Virus record (IMG/VR): IMGVR_UViG_3300045988_098456
Source of the DNA: a virus
Length of the DNA: 64,000 nt
Reading direction: 5' to 3' (one strand)
Made by a program: the position numbers and the translations under genes
Shown: positions 58,988 through 64,000 of the stretch, one piece after another
Layout: every line of letters begins with the position of its first letter
Position numbering within the stretch: position 1 is the first letter of the stretch
The notes under the pieces: model-generated
The model's input: only the letters and a program-made list of their open reading frames with translations
What the model was told of the DNA's origin: nothing
Databases searched by the model: none

Positions 58988-59480
58988 ATGTATAACAAGG
59001 TTTCTTGGTGATATAAAGCCTATAAAGAATTACGAAAGGTATTATGTTAGCAAGCTGGGACATGTTTTTACTATTGGGAGAACGTCTCAATTAAAGGAAA
59101 TCGCTCCTTGCAAGACACCAAAAGGTTATCTGAAGGTATGGCTTTACAAGAATGGAAAGCGCAAGATGTTTTATATCCATCGTTTGGTAGCTCAGGCTTT
59201 CTTGGAGAATCCAGAAGCGTTGCCGATGGTGAATCATAAGGATTTCGACAAGACGAATAATGATGTAGACAACTTGGAGTATTGCACCGCAAGATACAAT
59301 GTGATTTATTCTGCTATAGCAAAGAAAACATCTTCCGAATACTTGGGTGTGACTTGGAATAAGAGTGTAAGAAAATGGCAAGCGCAGTATCAGATAGGTA
59401 AAAAGAAAATATATATAGGTTGCTTTGATACGCAACAAGAGGCTCATGAAGCTTATGTTAACGCTATAAAAGAGATTTGA
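58977..59480 (+). CDS. HNH homing-type endonuclease with C-terminal AP2 DNA-binding domain
   Basis: First ATG of ORF track 58959. YIHRLVAQAFLENPEALPMVNHKDFDKTNNDVDNLEY is HNH_3 type. YLGVTWNKSVRKWQAQYQIGKKKIYIGCFDTQQEAHEAY is AP2. Confidence 0.7.
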   Translation: MKDKCITRFLGDIKPIKNYERYYVSKLGHVFTIGRTSQLKEIAPCKTPKGYLKVWLYKNGKRKMFYIHRLVAQAFLENPEALPMVNHKDFDKTNNDVDNLEYCTARYNVIYSAIAKKTSSEYLGVTWNKSVRKWQAQYQIGKKKIYIGCFDTQQEAHEAYVNAIKEI

Positions 59481-59481
59481 T

Positions 59482-60195
59482 ATGCTTGAATTTGATAGAA
59501 TATACAATTCCGACTGCATAGAAGGAATGAAACAAATAGAGAGCGGGAAAGTAGATTTAATTGTTACTGACCCACCATATTGTATCTCCTATAAGACGGG
59601 ATGGAGAGCAGACGACCATCGTTTTTCGAAGGAAATACTCAATGACGATAATGAGCAATTGATTATTGATTATATGAGCGAATGCTACCGGATTTTGAAG
59701 GATGATAGTGCTGCTTATATCTTCTGTAGTGCAAAGACCTTGGACTTTTTTATGCAACAAGCGAGGAACGCAGGGTTTACCATTAAGAATGTGATAATTT
59801 GGCGAAAGAACAACCATACGGCTGGAGATTTAGATGCGCAATATGGTCAATGTTACGAGCCAATCCTGTACTTAAATAAAGGCAGACGAATCATAAACGG
59901 AAAGCGTTTGGAGGATGTGTGGGACTTTGATAGAGTTCCATCAGATAAATTGGTACATCAGAACGAGAAACCAATCCCCTTGCTTATGCAATGTATCTTG
60001 AAATCATCGAACGAAGGAGATTTGGTGTTTGATGGCTTTATGGGCAGCGCAAGTACTGCTCTGGCTTGTATGCGGACAAATCGGAATTACCTTGGTTTTG
60101 AATTGGATGAGGATTATTTCAATGTGGCACAAAGAAGAATTAAGGAAGAAATGTTAAATCAAAAAGATATGTTTGGATATGCTGGAGTTAAATAG
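59482..60195 (+). CDS. beta-class N6-adenine/N4-cytosine DNA methyltransferase
   Basis: 237 aa. DLIVTDPPY (motif IV) is N-terminal and FDGFMGSASTALAC (motif I) is C-terminal. Confidence 0.8.
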   Translation: MLEFDRIYNSDCIEGMKQIESGKVDLIVTDPPYCISYKTGWRADDHRFSKEILNDDNEQLIIDYMSECYRILKDDSAAYIFCSAKTLDFFMQQARNAGFTIKNVIIWRKNNHTAGDLDAQYGQCYEPILYLNKGRRIINGKRLEDVWDFDRVPSDKLVHQNEKPIPLLMQCILKSSNEGDLVFDGFMGSASTALACMRTNRNYLGFELDEDYFNVAQRRIKEEMLNQKDMFGYAGVK

Positions 60196-60895
60196 AATTT
60201 ATCAAGGTGATTGTCGAAAGCTTTTAAAGCTGATTGATAGTGATAGCATAGACCTCGTATGTTCTGATGTGGCTTATCCTGTTCAGTCTAGGGGTGGCTC
60301 AGGGAGTATGGGAGGATATTGGACGGAATCTCAAACAAGAAAGGGCAAGATATTCAAGAATAACGATATTGATATTTCGGACTACATCAATGATTTGTAC
60401 CGGATATTAAAGGACAGGTCGCATTGCTATCTGATGTGTAATGATTATAATTTAATGCACTTTCTTGATGTGGTCGGAAAAAGTGAGTTCCATTTTACCA
60501 AATGCTTAATATGGGATAAGTGCGCAAAAATATGTGGCCGCTATTATATGGCACAGAAAGAGTATATCATCATGCTACGCAAAGGTAGTGATAGGCCGAT
60601 AAATGAATGTGGTACGTCTGACATTCTGAGTGTTCCTATTCCAACCAACAAGCGCAAGGATAAGGATGGTTTGATTAATCAGACTGAAAAACCTGTAAAG
60701 TTGATGGAGACATTAATCAGAAACTCGACAAATGTTGGTGATGTTGTTCTAGACCCATTCATGGGGAGCGGTACAACGGCAAGAGCTTGCGTAAACCTTG
60801 AAAGAAAGTATATAGGTTTTGAGATAGACCAGCGACAAGTCGATTTTGCCAATAACGAATTAAAGAACATGAGTAGGCAATTAAGTCTTTTTTAA
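60179..60895 (+). CDS. beta-class DNA methyltransferase homolog with degenerate catalytic motif
   Basis: First ATG of ORF track 60173. DLVCSDVAYPV stands in place of (D/S/N)PPY. Motif I LDPFMGSGTTARAC is intact. Confidence 0.6.
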   Translation: MLELNRIYQGDCRKLLKLIDSDSIDLVCSDVAYPVQSRGGSGSMGGYWTESQTRKGKIFKNNDIDISDYINDLYRILKDRSHCYLMCNDYNLMHFLDVVGKSEFHFTKCLIWDKCAKICGRYYMAQKEYIIMLRKGSDRPINECGTSDILSVPIPTNKRKDKDGLINQTEKPVKLMETLIRNSTNVGDVVLDPFMGSGTTARACVNLERKYIGFEIDQRQVDFANNELKNMSRQLSLF

Positions 60896-60905
60896 AACTA
60901 TTGGT

Positions 60906-61124
60906 ATGTGCAAGGTGTTTTGTTGTAATCCTGTTGTAAGAAATGGGAATAAAGAAACAACGGATGCTCTTATAAGAGCTATGAGAGGCGAAGCCTTAAA
61001 ACGAGGGTTGGTACGTGATGAATTGATAGGTTTTTGCAACCGATTCTTGAGAGAAGGCGAAATCAAAGCTTGTATAGAGCATTCGCTAGATAATTTCAAA
61101 CGTTATTTTTGGAGGTATCATTGA
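60906..61124 (+). CDS. hypothetical protein
   Basis: 72-aa ORF. Confidence 0.45.
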   Translation: MCKVFCCNPVVRNGNKETTDALIRAMRGEALKRGLVRDELIGFCNRFLREGEIKACIEHSLDNFKRYFWRYH

Positions 61125-61125
61125 T

Positions 61126-61755
61126 ATGAGAAGAAGAAAGTTGAACAAGTCTCCAGTGCTAGGCTTCTGCGGATTTGTTATCGGTTACGAATGCAAGGAA
61201 AAGGGAATAAAGCTGATGGAGTGCGATAAGGCGCAAGCAGATGCAATCATAGTTCCTCATCACTTTTCACACAAGGTAACGAAGAATAGTTGCTTGAATC
61301 TTTTGGTATTGTATAAGGATAAGATAAGTGGTGCAATGCAAATAGGGTATGGAATCCGACCGCACATCAAGACTGAAAAGTGCGAAGTGTTGGATTACCA
61401 TCAAGTGAGGGAATTTGACAGAATGTGGTTGTCTGATGATATGCCAAAGTTTAGCGAGACGATTTGCCTATCTCTCTTGCATAAGTATATTAGGGCAACA
61501 CATAAGGAAATCAAGTACCTTATTTCTTATGCCGATACGTCCATAGGTAACAAGGGAACTATATATAAAGCTGCAAACTATGAGCATATTGATACCATTA
61601 AGGCAGATTTCTATGTGTTACCAAGTGGTGAGCGTGTGCATCCGGTTACTATGTGGCATCGGCACAAGACAAGAGCATGGGAGGTTCTGACGGAACTATA
61701 CCCAGGAATAAAAAAGGCAGAAGGGTTTCAACTTAAATTTCTGAAGAAGTTATGA
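61126..61755 (+). CDS. Mom-like GNAT-fold DNA-modification acyltransferase (tentative)
   Basis: 209 aa. AIIVPHHFSHK, REFDRMWLSDDMPKFSETICLSLL and YLISYADTSIGNKGTIYKAANYEHI resemble the HHY..., ELxR...N.eS and SYAD..GH.G.IY.A.N pattern I recall for the Mom family. Confidence 0.45.
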   Translation: MRRRKLNKSPVLGFCGFVIGYECKEKGIKLMECDKAQADAIIVPHHFSHKVTKNSCLNLLVLYKDKISGAMQIGYGIRPHIKTEKCEVLDYHQVREFDRMWLSDDMPKFSETICLSLLHKYIRATHKEIKYLISYADTSIGNKGTIYKAANYEHIDTIKADFYVLPSGERVHPVTMWHRHKTRAWEVLTELYPGIKKAEGFQLKFLKKL

Positions 61756-61970
61756 AGAAAAGAAATAAATATATTCCTTGTCATTTGCATCCAGATCCTG
61801 AGCATTGGGTTAGAAAAGGTCAATCTTGGAAGGCGAAGGTCGCTTATGAAAGCGAGGATGATGCTTGGGAGTTTCTGAATCAGAATCCGAAGTTACGGGC
61901 ACAAGGTATGGCGGTGTATCGGTGTAGGATATGCAACAAATATCATATATGGCACAAGAATAACAAATAA
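61752..61970 (+). CDS. small zinc-ribbon-like protein
   Basis: 72 aa with CHLHPDPEH ... CRICNKYHIWH. ATGA overlap with the Mom-like gene. Confidence 0.45.
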   Translation: MKKRNKYIPCHLHPDPEHWVRKGQSWKAKVAYESEDDAWEFLNQNPKLRAQGMAVYRCRICNKYHIWHKNNK

Positions 61971-61985
61971 AAAATATAAACAGCA

Positions 61986-62267
61986 ATGATAGTAATAAAA
62001 ATCAAAACATGGAAAGACTGGAAGAAGGACTTTCTTGATTGGGTGCAAGCACCTAGGCGCAGTACTTGCAAGGAGTACGTAGATTATATGGAGGCTTTAC
62101 AAAATCAGGTTCTCTACAAAATAATAAACGACACTTGCGATAAATACGGAAATATGCGTGAGGATCAAATTCAAGACATCACCGAGGCAGTCGAGAGATG
62201 CGTTGCTGAGTGTGCCAAAGAAACACGCAAGTTAATCGATGAATGTCAGCCCGCAAAATTATTCTAA
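61986..62267 (+). CDS. hypothetical protein
   Basis: 93-aa ORF. Confidence 0.5.
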   Translation: MIVIKIKTWKDWKKDFLDWVQAPRRSTCKEYVDYMEALQNQVLYKIINDTCDKYGNMREDQIQDITEAVERCVAECAKETRKLIDECQPAKLF

Positions 62268-62329
62268 GACTGCAACTTTCATTACACTGCCGTGAAATTG
62301 TTTAACTGATAGATTTAAAACAACAAAGT

Positions 62330-63022
62330 ATGATAGAACTGAATAAGAAAAGTATGATAGAACAGAATAAGATATATAATGAAGATTGCCTAGAAGGAAT
62401 GAAAAGGATTCCTGACGGGAGCGTAGATTGCATAGTGACGGATATACCCTACAATGAATGCAATCGTACCGACAACGGTCTAAGGAACTTAGATAAGGAT
62501 AAAGCAGACATCGGAATATTTGATGTTGCTATGCTGACAGAAAATCTATGCGAAAAGACCAAAGGCAGTATCTATATGTTTTGCGGTTTTAATCAAGTTT
62601 CTACTATTCGGCAAGCTATGTCACAAAAAGGTCTGAGCACAAGAATTGTCGTATGGGAGAAAACGAATCCATCGCCTATGAATGGTTCGGTTATTTGGCT
62701 AAGTGGAGTTGAGTTGTGCGTTTATGGTAAAAAGCAAGGCGCAACATTCAATTTCCATTGTAAGAACACCGTTTTCAGATACCCTTGTGGGGGGGGTAAA
62801 ATTCATCCAACACAGAAGCCAGTGGAGTTGATGTCACAGCTAATAGCTGCAAGTACAAAAGAAGGCGATACCGTCTTAGACCCATTCATAGGCAGCGGCA
62901 CTACCGCTATCGCTTGCATCCGTGAGAAGCGCAATTTTATCGGTTTTGAACTGAACAAGGAATATTACGACAAGGCTTGCAAGCGTATTCGTTTAGAACA
63001 AGCGCAGCCTGTGTTATTTTAA
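62330..63022 (+). CDS. beta-class N6-adenine/N4-cytosine DNA methyltransferase
   Basis: 230 aa. DCIVTDIPYNE (DPPY variant), HPTQKPVELM and LDPFIGSGTTAIAC. Confidence 0.75.
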   Translation: MIELNKKSMIEQNKIYNEDCLEGMKRIPDGSVDCIVTDIPYNECNRTDNGLRNLDKDKADIGIFDVAMLTENLCEKTKGSIYMFCGFNQVSTIRQAMSQKGLSTRIVVWEKTNPSPMNGSVIWLSGVELCVYGKKQGATFNFHCKNTVFRYPCGGGKIHPTQKPVELMSQLIAASTKEGDTVLDPFIGSGTTAIACIREKRNFIGFELNKEYYDKACKRIRLEQAQPVLF

Positions 63023-63041
63023 ATCATAAATAGTTGAGATT

Positions 63042-63428
63042 ATGAAAAAAGAAGATAGACTTAAAATATATCGCAAATACGATGGGCATTGTGCTTATTG
63101 TGGCAAGAGTATAGAGTATAAGGATATGCAGGTTGACCATCTTGTTCCGAAGAATCGAGGTTGTTACTCTCGGTGGAGCGACAAGGAGGGAAAGTTTGTA
63201 GTATTTCATGGCGATGATTGCATGGAGAACTATATGCCATCTTGCAGGTCTTGTAACCTTCGTAAGCGTGATATGAGTTTGGAACAATTTCGCTCAGAGA
63301 TTACAAGACAGGCTAAAGGATTGCTTAATGGCAAAGCTTCTTTTCAGGTAAAGATGTCGCTAGCTTATGGTTTAATCGAAGAGCACTTTGATAGACAAAT
63401 TGAGTTCTACTTTGAGAAATTTAAATAG
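63042..63428 (+). CDS. HNH endonuclease
   Basis: 128 aa. HCAYCGKSIEYKDMQVDHLVPKNRG ... MPSCRSCNLRKRD is an HNH/McrA-type motif. Confidence 0.7.
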   Translation: MKKEDRLKIYRKYDGHCAYCGKSIEYKDMQVDHLVPKNRGCYSRWSDKEGKFVVFHGDDCMENYMPSCRSCNLRKRDMSLEQFRSEITRQAKGLLNGKASFQVKMSLAYGLIEEHFDRQIEFYFEKFK

Positions 63429-63436
63429 TTGAGAAT

Positions 63437-63721
63437 ATGAAGAAGTTTAAGAAGTCGATAGAGATTAGCACTGAGAATATTTCAGACGTTCTTCAAGTGC
63501 CAATTGTTACAAGTTTATACAAGACTAAGAATTTTAAAAATCCTTGTCTTGAAGGTCGTAGCGTTCCTTATGATACTATAGCATTGATGTATGTTCATAT
63601 CGAAGGCTTTGATAGCGATTTTTGTATTGACCAAGGCGACATTCTCGCTCTTGATATTTGTGATACTTGGTATGCTTTTTCGAGGAAAGGATGGGAAGAA
63701 CATAAAAACGATGAGGTATGA
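63437..63721 (+). CDS. hypothetical protein
   Basis: 94-aa ORF. Confidence 0.5.
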   Translation: MKKFKKSIEISTENISDVLQVPIVTSLYKTKNFKNPCLEGRSVPYDTIALMYVHIEGFDSDFCIDQGDILALDICDTWYAFSRKGWEEHKNDEV

Positions 63722-64000
63722 AGATGAAAGGATATTACGAATACGACCAGCCAATTTACCCACACTTATTGTGTGTTGGGGTTGGGTTGCAGTTTGAGGA
63801 TGCAAAGAAAGCATTCTTGAATAATGATGGTACGGATATTGAAAAGTACGATTTTTTAAATGGTGATGGATTTACTTATTACGGACTTCACATAAGAGAA
63901 ACAGGAAGAAAGTGCGTTCTTGTTTTATTCAGTAGCAGTAAGGCTATGCGTATGAATGTAATTTGTCATGAGGCTAGTCACGCTTGCGATGCTATCGAGG
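63718..64000 (+). CDS. small HExxH protein, truncated by the window end (paralog of 1867..2235)
   Basis: Open frame from ATG 63718 with no stop before the window ends: MKMKGYYEYDQPIYPHLL...VLVLFSSSKAMRMNVICHEASHACDAIE. Not in the ORF track because it has no stop. Confidence 0.5.
   Translation, partial: MKMKGYYEYDQPIYPHLLCVGVGLQFEDAKKAFLNNDGTDIEKYDFLNGDGFTYYGLHIRETGRKCVLVLFSSSKAMRMNVICHEASHACDAIE

Noticed and set aside
1-64000. CRISPR arrays, rRNA genes, stop-codon reassignment, and integrase, terminase or portal genes.
   Set aside because: No regularly spaced direct repeats and no rRNA-like conserved blocks were seen. Standard-code ORFs tile the sequence densely, so no recoding signal is apparent. 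No translations showed integrase (R..HxxR..Y), terminase (Walker A plus nuclease) or portal-like size and position. Those genes are presumably outside this window.

Overview
This window is an AT-rich, very gene-dense segment of a dsDNA phage or prophage. Its promoters match the Bacteroidota consensus (-33 TTTG / -7 TAnnTTTG), so the host is probably a Bacteroidales bacterium.

Layout:
- 0.3-6.4 kb: mostly minus-strand block with a PNK3P-type 3'-phosphatase, a small HExxH protein, unknown possibly virion proteins and two tandem double-HTH paralogs.
- 6.5-8.5 kb: lysis cassette (TM/coiled-coil protein, holin, GH108 endolysin, lipobox plus C-terminal-TM spanin-like protein).
- 9-35 kb: long plus-strand array of mostly small unknown genes. 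It contains an RNase H fusion, a C5-MTase, an IscB RNA-guided nuclease with its upstream omega-RNA, a Dam-type MTase truncated by a 28-bp tandem duplication, a ~430-nt structured ORF-free region, YopX, ASCH and a lone minus-strand XRE repressor.
- 35.3-41.5 kb: a terminator-flanked 2091-aa tape-measure-like gene, followed by ThyX and a second RNase H.
- 47.85-48.28 kb: five tRNA genes (Glu-UUC, Gln-UUG, Tyr-GUA, an aberrant tRNA with an 8-nt anticodon loop, and Lys-UUU with a mismatched acceptor stem).
- 49.0-50.6 kb: an amidoligase plus class-II glutamine amidotransferase pair.
- 50.8-56.3 kb: head and tail-tube module.
- 57.1-63.4 kb: DNA-modification island with a second C5-MTase, three beta-class N6/N4 MTases, a Mom-like acyltransferase and two HNH nucleases.

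A ~110-bp promoter-plus-leader module recurs at least five times. I recognised no rRNA, CRISPR array, integrase, terminase or portal. All functional calls rest on motifs read by eye from the translations; no database search was run.
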